Source: a virus (lineage: Duplodnaviria; Caudoviricetes). From it: 64,000 nucleotides of DNA. The DNA is taken from positions 1-64,000 of the IMG/VR virus record IMGVR_UViG_2724679363_000011; one strand, given 5' to 3'. The translations under genes and the position numbers were made by a program. A model generated the notes under the pieces. It had not been told where the DNA came from, made no database searches, and saw nothing but the letters and a program-made list of their open reading frames with translations. Position 1 is the first letter of the stretch. Each line of letters starts with the position of its first letter. This document shows, piece by piece, positions 46,294 through 55,553 of this stretch.

Positions 46294-46833
46294 ATGGGAA
46301 ATATTGGCGACCTGGCTGATGCTTTTAATTGGAGTATATCCAAGATATCTGAGGCTTTTTCTGTGGATAGGGCAACGATTAGAAAGCGGCTTGTGGAGAA
46401 TAATATTCAGGCCACAGGCACCTTCCGTGGCAATCCGACTTATGCCCTTAAAGATGTGGCCCCTGCATTATTCGCCGTTGTCCGTGAGGCGGGTGAAGAT
46501 ATCTCACATGATCCCTCGCACATGATCCCGAAAGAACGTAAGGATTGGTTTCAATCGGAAAACGAGCGCATCAAATTAGAAAAAGAACAACGCAGTTTAA
46601 TTCCTGTTAATGAGGTCGTAGCCGTTTATTCAGCAATGACAAAATCGGTAGTGCAGGTTCTGGAGACAATTCCAGATATTCTGGAGCGCGACTGCGCTTT
46701 ATCGCCTCAAGCAGTAACAGTTGTTCAGGCTGCAATAGATGATTTACGTACGACGCTATCTGAACGCTCTTATCAAGCTTGTGCGATTGATCTTATGAGC
46801 GATAAAGGGGAGGTGATTGTCGAGGAGGATTAA
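46294..46833 (+). CDS. terS: Terminase small subunit (DUF1441, Nu1-like)
   Basis: wHTH, PKERKDWFQSENER, LETIPDILERDCAL. Confidence 0.9.
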   Translation: MGNIGDLADAFNWSISKISEAFSVDRATIRKRLVENNIQATGTFRGNPTYALKDVAPALFAVVREAGEDISHDPSHMIPKERKDWFQSENERIKLEKEQRSLIPVNEVVAVYSAMTKSVVQVLETIPDILERDCALSPQAVTVVQAAIDDLRTTLSERSYQACAIDLMSDKGEVIVEED

Positions 46834-48935
46834 TGGCTTATGCGTCAGCGGAAACTATAGGACGAGATATTTCATTAATCCTACGGCCGCCGCGCCGGAT
46901 TAAAGTCTCAGCGGCGGTACATAAATACATGAGAGTACCAAAGGGGGCGGGTAATTCGGTTCCCTGGGACCCGAACGTTGCCCCTTATGTTCTTGAACCC
47001 ATGGACATGCTTGCATCGCGTGAATATGACGCAGTAATTTTTGTCGGTCCAGCCCGAACAGGTAAAACAATTGGTTTGATTGATGGCTGGGCTGTCTACA
47101 CCATTGTTTGTGATCCTTCCGACATGCTCATCGTTCAAATGACAGAAGATAAGGCAAGGGAGCACAGCAAGAAGCGTCTTGATCGTACTTTCCGAAGTAG
47201 CCCTGCAGTAGCAAAAAGGCTTAGTCCGCGCCGAAACGATAATAACGTTCACGATAAAATATTTCGTGATGGGTCATTCCTTAAAATAGGCTGGCCATCC
47301 ATCAACGTAATGTCATCATCAGATTATAAGTTCGTGGCGCTGACGGATTATGACCGCTTCCCGGAAGATATTGACGGGGAGGGCGACGGGTTCACCCTGG
47401 CCTCAAAACGAACCACAACATTTATGTCATCAGGTATGACACTGGTTGAAAGCTCCCCTGGCCGCGCTATCACTGATGCCAAATGGCGGAGAAGCTCACC
47501 CCACGAAGCCCCGCCAACTACGGGCATTCTTTCACTGTATAACCGTGGCGACCGACGCCGCTGGTACTGGCCTTGCCCGCACTGTGGCGAGTATTTCCAG
47601 CCCTCAAAAGATGTTGTTCAGGGATATCAAAATATTGCAGACCCCGTGGAGGCCAGTGAATCCGCTTATATAGAGTGTCCGCACTGCCAGGGAAAAATAA
47701 CGGCTAACCAAAAGCGGGACCTTAATCAGAAAGGTATCTGGTTGCGTGATGGCGAGAAAATAGATTGTCATGGAAATATCACTGGTCAGGCGCGCAGATC
47801 TCGCATCGCATCATTTTGGATGGAAGGACCCGCCGCTGCTTATCAGACGCTTTCTCAGTTGGTCTATAAGTTACTTTCCGCTCAGAAGGACTATGAAGCG
47901 AATCAGAGCGAGGAGACATTGAAAGCGGTCATTAACACTGACTGGGGATTGCCCTACACCCCTCAATCCAGCGTAGGGCAGCGACAATCTGAAACTCTGA
48001 TGGTTCGGGCGGAGGACGTAACGAAGCGTACTGTGCCGGACGGTGTGCATTTCCTCATAGCCACCGTTGATGTGCAGGGGGGTAAAAACCGGCGTTTCGT
48101 TGTTCAGGTTATTGGCTATGGTACCCACGGTGAACGGTGGATAGTTGACCGTTACAACATCAAGCAGTCGATGCGTGTCGGGCCTAATGGCGAAAGTCTG
48201 CCAATTGATCCCGCCGGTTATCTCGAAGATTGGGACCTGTTGCGTTCCGATGTACTGGATAAAGAATGGCCACTGGATAGCAACCCCAACGTTTCATTGC
48301 CTGTACTTGCAATGGGAGTGGACTCCGGCGGCGAGGATGGCGTAACCGGGAACGCTTACGAGTTTTGGCGGCAATGCCGTCGCGATGGAATGCATAAGCG
48401 CGTCTTTCTCTTTAAGGGGGATAGCACGACGCGCAGCAAGCTGATCACCAAAACGCTTCCTGATAATACAGATCGCCCTAACCGGCGGGCTGAGGCCCGA
48501 GGGGATGTACCTCTTTATCTTTTGCAGACTAATCAACTGAAAGACCGGATCAGTAACGCGCTTCAGCGTGAAACTCCGGGGGCTAACTACGTGCATTTCC
48601 CGGCATGGCTGGGGGAATGGTTCTATGACGAATTGACCTACGAGGAACGAAGCCCTGACGGTAAATGGACAAAACCGGGTAAGGGCGCAAATGAGGCATT
48701 TGACCTTATGGTATATGCCCATGCACTGGTAATACTGAGGGGTTACGAGAAAATCAACTGGGAAAAACCGCCTCCATGGGCACGACCTGTTGAAGCCAAA
48801 TCACTGTTACCTCCCGCTGAAAGATCGACTTACCCAACATCCCGTACCAAGTCAACAAAATCTAAAAAATCATCAGCCCAGCAAGAAGGGAATACCTCTG
48901 CATGGGCACCATCTACCTCAGGAGGCTGGGTGTGA
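46833..48935 (+). CDS. terL: Terminase large subunit (lambda gpA family)
   Basis: GPARTGKT, LTDYDRFP, ESSPG, CPHC x2, TVDVQ, NEAFDLMVY. Confidence 0.95.
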   Translation: MAYASAETIGRDISLILRPPRRIKVSAAVHKYMRVPKGAGNSVPWDPNVAPYVLEPMDMLASREYDAVIFVGPARTGKTIGLIDGWAVYTIVCDPSDMLIVQMTEDKAREHSKKRLDRTFRSSPAVAKRLSPRRNDNNVHDKIFRDGSFLKIGWPSINVMSSSDYKFVALTDYDRFPEDIDGEGDGFTLASKRTTTFMSSGMTLVESSPGRAITDAKWRRSSPHEAPPTTGILSLYNRGDRRRWYWPCPHCGEYFQPSKDVVQGYQNIADPVEASESAYIECPHCQGKITANQKRDLNQKGIWLRDGEKIDCHGNITGQARRSRIASFWMEGPAAAYQTLSQLVYKLLSAQKDYEANQSEETLKAVINTDWGLPYTPQSSVGQRQSETLMVRAEDVTKRTVPDGVHFLIATVDVQGGKNRRFVVQVIGYGTHGERWIVDRYNIKQSMRVGPNGESLPIDPAGYLEDWDLLRSDVLDKEWPLDSNPNVSLPVLAMGVDSGGEDGVTGNAYEFWRQCRRDGMHKRVFLFKGDSTTRSKLITKTLPDNTDRPNRRAEARGDVPLYLLQTNQLKDRISNALQRETPGANYVHFPAWLGEWFYDELTYEERSPDGKWTKPGKGANEAFDLMVYAHALVILRGYEKINWEKPPPWARPVEAKSLLPPAERSTYPTSRTKSTKSKKSSAQQEGNTSAWAPSTSGGWV

Positions 48936-49147
48936 ATCAGGCAGAGATTGAAAACATGATCCAGCGTTATGCCGCAGCAGAAATGGCGGTGCTGGAAGGT
49001 AAGTCCATCACCTTTAACGGTCAGTCAATGGCGATGGAAAATTTGAGTGAGATTCGAAAGGGGCGAGACGTATGGGAGCGCCGCCTCGCTAATCTTCTGG
49101 CAACCCGGCGTGGACGTCCTATGTATAAAGTGGCGAGGTTTCCATAA
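48932..49147 (+). CDS. Head completion protein (gpW-like)
   Basis: AEMAVLEGKSITFNGQSMAMENLSEIRKGR; between terL and portal. Confidence 0.78.
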   Translation: MNQAEIENMIQRYAAAEMAVLEGKSITFNGQSMAMENLSEIRKGRDVWERRLANLLATRRGRPMYKVARFP

Positions 49148-50628
49148 TGAGCATTTTTGATGATGCTATTGGTTTGCTCTCACCGGGCTGGAAAGCTGCC
49201 CGCTTAAAATCTCGCGTGGCTATACGTGCATATGAAGCGGTATTACCCACCCGGACCCATCGCGCTAAGCGTGAAAACCGTAACGCTAACCAGCTCAGTC
49301 AAGTAGCGGGCCGTTCTTTGAGGGAACAGGCTCGCTGGCTGGACAACAATCATGACCTAGTGATCGGGCTGCTGGATAAACTGGAAGAGCGCATCATTGG
49401 TGCTAAGGGCATCATCGTCGATCCACAGCCTATTCTTCGTACCGGGTTAGTGGCTGATGATCTGGCGAAACAAATCAGGGCAGCATGGGCGGAGTGGTCT
49501 GTTTCACCTGATGTGACCGGGCAGTTTACCCGGCCGGTACTCGAACGCCTCATGGCACGCACCTGGTTGCGCGACGGTGAAGTCTTTGGGCAATTTGTCA
49601 GTGGATCTGCTCAGGGGTTAGCGGCAACAGCCGACATTCCTTTTTGGATTGAGGCGCTTGAACCTGACTTTGTTCCGTTGGAGATGAACGACGATGGAAA
49701 AGGTATTTGTCAGGGTATTTACCTGAATGGCTGGGGACGCCCCACTAAATATGTTGTTTATAAATCCCTGGTCACGACAGGTATTGCGCTGGGTAACACG
49801 AAAGAAATCGTGGCTGATGACATGGTACACCTGAAGTTTATGCGTCGTTTACATCAGGTTCGTGGAAACAGCTTATTGTCTGGCATCCTGATCCGGTTGA
49901 GTGCGCTCAAAGAGTACGAGGACTCTGAGTTAACTGCTGCACGTATAGCGGCTGCATTGGGTATGTACATTAAAAAAGGTGACGCTCAAACCTATGATGA
50001 TTCATCTGCAGACAATAAGCGGGATTTGAACATTGAACCTGGCATTATCTTTGATGACCTGTTGCCAGGTGAAGAAATTGGCATGATCAAGTCAGACCGG
50101 CCCAATCCCAACCTTGAAAATTTCCGTAACGGTCAGCTAAGAGCGGTTGCCGCCGGAAGTCGTGGAAGCTATTCCAGTATATCCCGCAACTATGACGGTA
50201 CATACAGTGCCCAGCGACAGGAGCTGGTGGAATCTTTCGAGGGCTACAGCATCTTGCAGGATACCTTTATTGCAGCGGTCACCCGTCCCATGTACCGCAA
50301 CTGGCTGAAACAGGCTATTGCCGCTGGCATTATCACCGTCCCACCCGATGTTGACCAAAATACATTGCTGAATGCGGTATACAGCGGCCCCGTTATGCCG
50401 TGGATTGACCCGTTAAAAGAGGCAAATTCATGGCGCGTGTTGATTCGGGGTGGCGCGGCCACAGAAGCTGACTGGATCCGCGCTCGCGGTGCTAATCCGG
50501 GGGATGTAAAACGCCGTCGTAAGGCGGAAATTGACGAAAATACCGAGCTGGATCTTACCTTTGATACTGATCCGGCTAACGATAAAGGAGATGCCCGTGG
50601 GCAAGAGCAGCAGAAAGAAACTGATTAA
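49147..50628 (+). CDS. Portal protein (lambda gpB family)
   Basis: WLRDGEVF, YSAQRQELVE, PWIDPLKEA. Confidence 0.93.
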   Translation: MSIFDDAIGLLSPGWKAARLKSRVAIRAYEAVLPTRTHRAKRENRNANQLSQVAGRSLREQARWLDNNHDLVIGLLDKLEERIIGAKGIIVDPQPILRTGLVADDLAKQIRAAWAEWSVSPDVTGQFTRPVLERLMARTWLRDGEVFGQFVSGSAQGLAATADIPFWIEALEPDFVPLEMNDDGKGICQGIYLNGWGRPTKYVVYKSLVTTGIALGNTKEIVADDMVHLKFMRRLHQVRGNSLLSGILIRLSALKEYEDSELTAARIAAALGMYIKKGDAQTYDDSSADNKRDLNIEPGIIFDDLLPGEEIGMIKSDRPNPNLENFRNGQLRAVAAGSRGSYSSISRNYDGTYSAQRQELVESFEGYSILQDTFIAAVTRPMYRNWLKQAIAAGIITVPPDVDQNTLLNAVYSGPVMPWIDPLKEANSWRVLIRGGAATEADWIRARGANPGDVKRRRKAEIDENTELDLTFDTDPANDKGDARGQEQQKETD

Positions 50629-52612
50629 GGCACCGCAGGCGTCTGGCGGAGATAAAAGCTGGTTCCGCATGAAAGCCAGTGGGGAAAAAAGCGCAGATAT
50701 TTATATCTATGAGGAGATCGGTTACTGGGGTGTAACCGCCCGCCAGTTTGCCAGTAGCCTGAAAGCGTTGGGTGATATTGACCATATTAACCTGCGTATC
50801 CACTCTCCGGGTGGTGATGTGTTTGAAGGTATTGCCATTTACAACCTACTGAATACTCATCCCGCCAGTAAAACGGTTTATATCGACGGTCTTGCCGCCT
50901 CTATGGCCTCGGTGATTGCGATGGTCGGCAACCCCGTCATTATGCCGGAAAACGCGATGATGATGATCCACAAGCCTTGGGGCATTACCGGTGGTGATGC
51001 CAATGATATGCGCGACTATGCCGATCTGCTCGATAAGGTGGAGGGGGTTCTTATTCCCTCTTATGCCAAGAAAACCGGTAAAACCCCGGAAGAACTGGCT
51101 GTCATGCTCGGTGAAGAAACCTGGCTGACGGCACAGGAATGTGTTGAGCACGGTTTTGCCGATCAACTACTCCCGTCGATGCAGGCTATGGCCCGCATCA
51201 ATTCAAAACGTATCGAGGAATTCGACTCTATGCCAGCCTCTCTGAAAAATATGATTCTAAAACCCAAAGCGACCGCGATACAGCCTGTCGCACCCACTCC
51301 GCCGGCAGTACCTGCAGCATCTCTGGATGACAATGCCATTCGTGCTCAGGAGCGTGAGGCGCAAAAACAGCGGATCAACGGTATTAAAGATCTGTTTGCT
51401 ATGTTCGGTGGGCGCTATCAGGAACTGCAATCCGCGTGTGTCGAAGATATTGATTGCACTCTGGAACAGTCCCGAGAAAAGTTGCTGGCATTGATGGGGA
51501 AAGATGCCACGCCATCGAATAAAACCCCTCCTGCGGGTCAGCACATCTATGCCGGGAACGGTAACTTCACTGGCGATGGTATTCGTCAGGCGTTGATGGT
51601 CCGTGCAGGCTATGAAGAACGCCAGAAAGACAACGCTTATAACAGCATGACGCTACGTGAATTGGCGCGTATGTCTCTGACCGAGCGGGGTATTGGTGTG
51701 GCCTCCTACAACCCTATGCAAATGGTGGGAATGGCCTTTACTCACAGCACCTCTGATTTCGGTAATATTCTGATCGACGTGAGTAATAAATCTATCCTGC
51801 AAGGCTGGGAAGAAGCGCCGGAAACGTTCGAAGAATGGACACGCAAAGGGCAACTGTCTGATTTTAAAACTGCACACCGTGTTGGTATGGGTGGTTTTCA
51901 ATCGCTGCGCAAGGTTCGTGAGGGTGCGGAATATAAGTATGTGACCACCGGTGACAAACAGGCCACCATCGCGCTGGCGACTTACGGTGAATTATTCTCC
52001 ATCACCCGTCAGGCTATTATTAATGATGACTTGAACATGCTGACCGATATTCCAATGAAGTTGGGGCGGGCAGCGAAAGCCACCATTGCGGATCTGGTTT
52101 ACCTTATTCTGACGACCAATCCTAAGATGACAACCGATAACACCCCTCTGTTTGATAATAAGCATGGCAACCTTACGAGCGGCGGGATTGACGTGGCCAA
52201 TCTTGATAAAGCCCGTCAAATGATGCGCACGCAAAAAGAAGGCGAGCGTCACCTGAATATTCGCCCGGCCTTTATTCTTGTTCCAACCAGCCTGGAATCT
52301 ACGACTAACCAGGTCATTCGCTCATCCAGTGTCAAGGGTGCAGACATTAATGCGGGTATCATCAACCCAGTTAAAGATTTTGCCACCGTCATTGCCGAGC
52401 CTCGTCTTGATGATGCCAGCGCCAAGGCTTGGTATCTCGCAGCGGCACAGGGAACAGATACGATTGAGGTTGCCTATCTGTCTGGAATGGATACGCCTTA
52501 CATTGATCAGCAAGAAGGTTTCACCTCGGACGGCGTGACAACCAAAGTGCGTATTGATGCGGGTGTCGCTCCTGTTGATCATCGTGGCTTGGTGAAATCC
52601 AGCGGAGAGTAA
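50591..52612 (+). CDS. ClpP-type prohead protease fused to scaffold and major capsid protein (Gifsy-2 type)
   Basis: IHSPGGDVFEG, GLAASMAS, MMIHKPW, then THSTSDF...KVRIDAGV capsid; possible internal start 51230. Confidence 0.92.
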   Translation: MPVGKSSRKKLIKAPQASGGDKSWFRMKASGEKSADIYIYEEIGYWGVTARQFASSLKALGDIDHINLRIHSPGGDVFEGIAIYNLLNTHPASKTVYIDGLAASMASVIAMVGNPVIMPENAMMMIHKPWGITGGDANDMRDYADLLDKVEGVLIPSYAKKTGKTPEELAVMLGEETWLTAQECVEHGFADQLLPSMQAMARINSKRIEEFDSMPASLKNMILKPKATAIQPVAPTPPAVPAASLDDNAIRAQEREAQKQRINGIKDLFAMFGGRYQELQSACVEDIDCTLEQSREKLLALMGKDATPSNKTPPAGQHIYAGNGNFTGDGIRQALMVRAGYEERQKDNAYNSMTLRELARMSLTERGIGVASYNPMQMVGMAFTHSTSDFGNILIDVSNKSILQGWEEAPETFEEWTRKGQLSDFKTAHRVGMGGFQSLRKVREGAEYKYVTTGDKQATIALATYGELFSITRQAIINDDLNMLTDIPMKLGRAAKATIADLVYLILTTNPKMTTDNTPLFDNKHGNLTSGGIDVANLDKARQMMRTQKEGERHLNIRPAFILVPTSLESTTNQVIRSSSVKGADINAGIINPVKDFATVIAEPRLDDASAKAWYLAAAQGTDTIEVAYLSGMDTPYIDQQEGFTSDGVTTKVRIDAGVAPVDHRGLVKSSGE

Positions 52613-52694
52613 TCCCCGTACTTTACTTCCTCGGCCCTGACGGGCTTTTTTTATACCTGAAATTCGGCCCTTCGGGGCCGTGGAGATAACAACA

Positions 52695-53021
52695 ATGGCT
52701 AAGAATTATGTTCAGGAAGGCATGACCATTTCGATCACTAATAGTGGGGATACAGCTATTTTAAGCGGTGATCCGGTGGTCGTTGGCGATTTAATCGCAG
52801 TGGCCATCACGGATATCCTCCCCAGTTCTGTCGCTGATGGTTTTGCTGCTGGGGTGTTTTTATTGCCCAAGCTGGAAACTGATGACATAGCCGCAGGCAA
52901 AAAAGTGGCGCTAAAAGACGGCAAGATTCAGTTAAGTGCGACGGGTGCTGTCGCCGCAGGGCGCGCATGGGATGCCGCACCTACTGGCAGTTCGTTTGTT
53001 GCGGTCAAAATCAATGGCTAA
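52695..53021 (+). CDS. Capsid cement/decoration protein (DUF2190)
   Basis: MAKNYVQEG...GVFLLPK. Confidence 0.85.
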   Translation: MAKNYVQEGMTISITNSGDTAILSGDPVVVGDLIAVAITDILPSSVADGFAAGVFLLPKLETDDIAAGKKVALKDGKIQLSATGAVAAGRAWDAAPTGSSFVAVKING

Positions 53022-53289
53022 CGTCTTTGACCGCCTAACATCCCGGATGGACCGGGTGACCGTGGCGCGAATGGGGGGGTCGGTACTGATTAACGATGTG
53101 GAATTTGTCTCCGTAGAAAGTCATCTCATTCCTGAAATGGGTCCCCTGACTGGCGATGGCATTTCATTGGTTATTTTCTCCGCTGACTATGTGCCACATC
53201 GTAATGACCAGGTGGTTTTGGATGGTCAATCCTACATCGTTACCCGCCATCAGTCTTTTAATGGTAAACCCCAAATCTGGTTGGAGTAA
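53014..53289 (+). CDS. Head-tail joining protein (gpFII-like)
   Basis: MANVFDRL...NGKPQIWLE; synteny. Confidence 0.75.
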   Translation: MANVFDRLTSRMDRVTVARMGGSVLINDVEFVSVESHLIPEMGPLTGDGISLVIFSADYVPHRNDQVVLDGQSYIVTRHQSFNGKPQIWLE

Positions 53290-53300
53290 CGGGAGATGTC

Positions 53301-53855
53301 ATGACAGTTCAAGGTTTGGATCAGTTGATCAGTAATCTTGCCGCGCTCAGTAAAACGGCGGTACCACGGGCTACCGCGCAAGCCGTGAACCGTGTTGCTG
53401 GGCGGGCAATAAGTCGCAGTAGTTCAAAAGTTTCCAAGGGTACCAAAGTGCCGTTAAAACTGGTTCGGGGGCGAGCTAAATTAAAAAAGGCCAGTCCGGG
53501 ACGCCCAATAGCCACTATCCGCGTTAAACGGGGTGATTTACCCGTTATTAATCTTGGCCCAGTGCGTATGCAGTTATCGCGTCGTAAAGGGAGCAAGGGG
53601 GGCGCAGACAGTGTGCTGAAAGTGGGGCGTTTCACATTTCCAGGCGCATTTTTACAACAACTCAGTAATGGACGTTGGCAAGTAATGCGCAGAACGTCAA
53701 AAGCCCGTTACCCCATTGAAGTGATTAAGATCCCAATGGCAGCACCACTCACACAGGCATTTGATGATGAAACAAAAGCCCTTCTGATGAGTGACATGCC
53801 AAAAGAACTGGCGGCGGCATTGAGCAACCAATTACGACTGGTGATTAAACGATGA
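53301..53855 (+). CDS. Z: Minor tail protein Z
   Basis: AVPRATAQAVNRVA, AFLQQLSNGRWQVM, RYPIEVIKIPMAAPLT. Confidence 0.9.
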   Translation: MTVQGLDQLISNLAALSKTAVPRATAQAVNRVAGRAISRSSSKVSKGTKVPLKLVRGRAKLKKASPGRPIATIRVKRGDLPVINLGPVRMQLSRRKGSKGGADSVLKVGRFTFPGAFLQQLSNGRWQVMRRTSKARYPIEVIKIPMAAPLTQAFDDETKALLMSDMPKELAAALSNQLRLVIKR

Positions 53856-54256
53856 ACAAACATACCGCAATACGTACAGCAGTACTTGATGCACTGAGAG
53901 CTTCCATTGATGATCCGAGTGTCACTTTCTTTGATGGCCGACCGGGATTCCTTGATGTAACAGATTTGCCAGCCGTCGCCGTTTATCTGACTGATTCAGA
54001 GTCTACAGGGGAGTATATCGACGGTGACCATTGGCGTTCAGTCTTACATGTGGAGGTTTTTTAAAAAGCAAAAAGCCCCGACTCGGCACTGGATGAGTGG
54101 ATGGAAAACAAAATTTATCCTGTCATGGGGAATATACCGCCGTTATATGAACAGGTAGAAAGCATCTCCCCGCTAGGCTATGACTACCGTCGTGATGATG
54201 AAGCAGTCACCTGGGGTTCGTCAGATATCAGTTACTCTCTGTCGTACTTCAAATAA
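53852..54256 (+). pseudogene. U: Tail terminator protein U with in-frame TAA at 54062-54064
   Basis: FFDGRP...LPAVAVYLTD...LHVEVF*KAKSPDSALDEWME...GYDYRRDDE: homology continues in the same frame after the stop. Confidence 0.88.
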
Positions 54257-54316
54257 TGCCTTTTCTAATAGCACATACCCGCCACTGAGCGGGTTTTTTT
54301 ATGTCTGGAGCAAAAT

Positions 54317-54802
54317 ATGACCAGTAAATATGAAAAAACACAAGGCACGGTCTTTAGTGTTTCCGCTGAGGTGGCGACTGAAGCCAATCCGTTAGATGCC
54401 GTATGGTTATCTGCCTCTTGTTCTACGAAGGAACTTAACTTTACCGGAGGGCAGAAGGATGACATCGACGTCACCAGCCTTTGCTCTACTGAAAAAGAGA
54501 TGGTGAACGGGCTGTCGTCACCGGCAGAAATGACCATTAACCGCAACTGGAGTGCCGAAGAAACGGCGCAGAGTTCACTGATGGCAGCGTATGAAGACGA
54601 TACCCGTCGCGCTATCACGGTTGTTTTCCCGTCTGGCAATGGTTTTGCCTATCTTGCTGAAGTGCGGCAGAACAGTTGGAGTGCTGGCCTCTCAGGTGTG
54701 GTTTCGGCCTCTTATACACTTCGCATTATCGGTAAGCCGGTAAAAATAACGCCGGTTGTGCCGGAGTCCCGCGCTGCACTTGCAAAAAAAATTACCGTCT
54801 AA
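54317..54802 (+). CDS. Major tail tube protein
   Basis: MTSKYEKTQGT, TGGQKDDIDVTSLCSTEKE, FPSGNGFAYLAEVRQ. Confidence 0.88.
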   Translation: MTSKYEKTQGTVFSVSAEVATEANPLDAVWLSASCSTKELNFTGGQKDDIDVTSLCSTEKEMVNGLSSPAEMTINRNWSAEETAQSSLMAAYEDDTRRAITVVFPSGNGFAYLAEVRQNSWSAGLSGVVSASYTLRIIGKPVKITPVVPESRAALAKKITV

Positions 54803-54817
54803 GAAAGGATCATTCTC

Positions 54818-55237
54818 ATGGCTGTACTGAAAAAATCTCTCAGGGAACTGGCCACTGCGCCTTTATCGGGTTTTCGAACGAAAGTGATCACCGTTTCCGA
54901 ATGGGAAGGGGCCACCGTTGTTTTGCGTGAGCCTTCACCTGCGGGCTGGGCGCGTTGGCGTGACGTTATGAAACCAGGGGAAGGGGATGGGGAGACTGAA
55001 GCCCCCGCACTGTCATTGTCAGAAGAAGCACAAAGGAACATTCGCGCGGATGTGGTGATGCTTATTGATGTGCTGCTGGATGAGGACCGCCAGCCTGTTT
55101 TCACTCAGGCAGATGCAGAAGCCATTGTTGAGTTTTATGGGCCGGTACATTCCCGACTGCTGCGACAGGCGCTGGATTTACAAACCACGGCGGCAGACGC
55201 TGAAAAAAAGTCCGAGAGCCAGAAACCCGATTCTTAA
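54818..55237 (+). CDS. Tail assembly chaperone (G-like)
   Basis: VSEWEGATVVLREPS, YGPVHSRLL; slippery A AAA AAG at 55204-55210. Confidence 0.88.
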   Translation: MAVLKKSLRELATAPLSGFRTKVITVSEWEGATVVLREPSPAGWARWRDVMKPGEGDGETEAPALSLSEEAQRNIRADVVMLIDVLLDEDRQPVFTQADAEAIVEFYGPVHSRLLRQALDLQTTAADAEKKSESQKPDS

Positions 55238-55518
55238 TGACGCTTGCCCTGCGTCTGGGCCGCACCTTGGGCGAACTACGTGAAACGATCAGCATGACTG
55301 AATTGCGGATGTGGGTTGAGTATGACCGTCTCAGCCCAATTGGGGATGAGCGCGGTGATTATCATGCTGCACAGATCACTGCCGCGACCTATAACGCGCA
55401 GGGTGGCAAGCATCCGCTCAGTATCGCGGATGCTTTGTTGCGCTGGAATGAGCCAGCAGATGAGAGTGGAGAGTCTGGATCAGAACTTGAAGCATTCTTA
55501 GGGAAGTTGGCTGAGTAA
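55204..55518 (+). CDS. -1 frameshift extension (GT-like, DUF4035)
   Basis: -1 frame from the slippery site reads VREPETRFLMTLALRLGRTL...SPIGDERGD with no stop until 55518. Confidence 0.82.
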   Translation, partial: KKVREPETRFLMTLALRLGRTLGELRETISMTELRMWVEYDRLSPIGDERGDYHAAQITAATYNAQGGKHPLSIADALLRWNEPADESGESGSELEAFLGKLAE

Positions 55519-55553
55519 CTTACCCGCTTCGGCGGGTTTTTATCGGGGGAGCT

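Noticed and set aside
52695-53021. RecA/RadA recombinase label often given to this family
   Set aside because: 108 aa, no Walker motifs, sits in the capsid decoration slot
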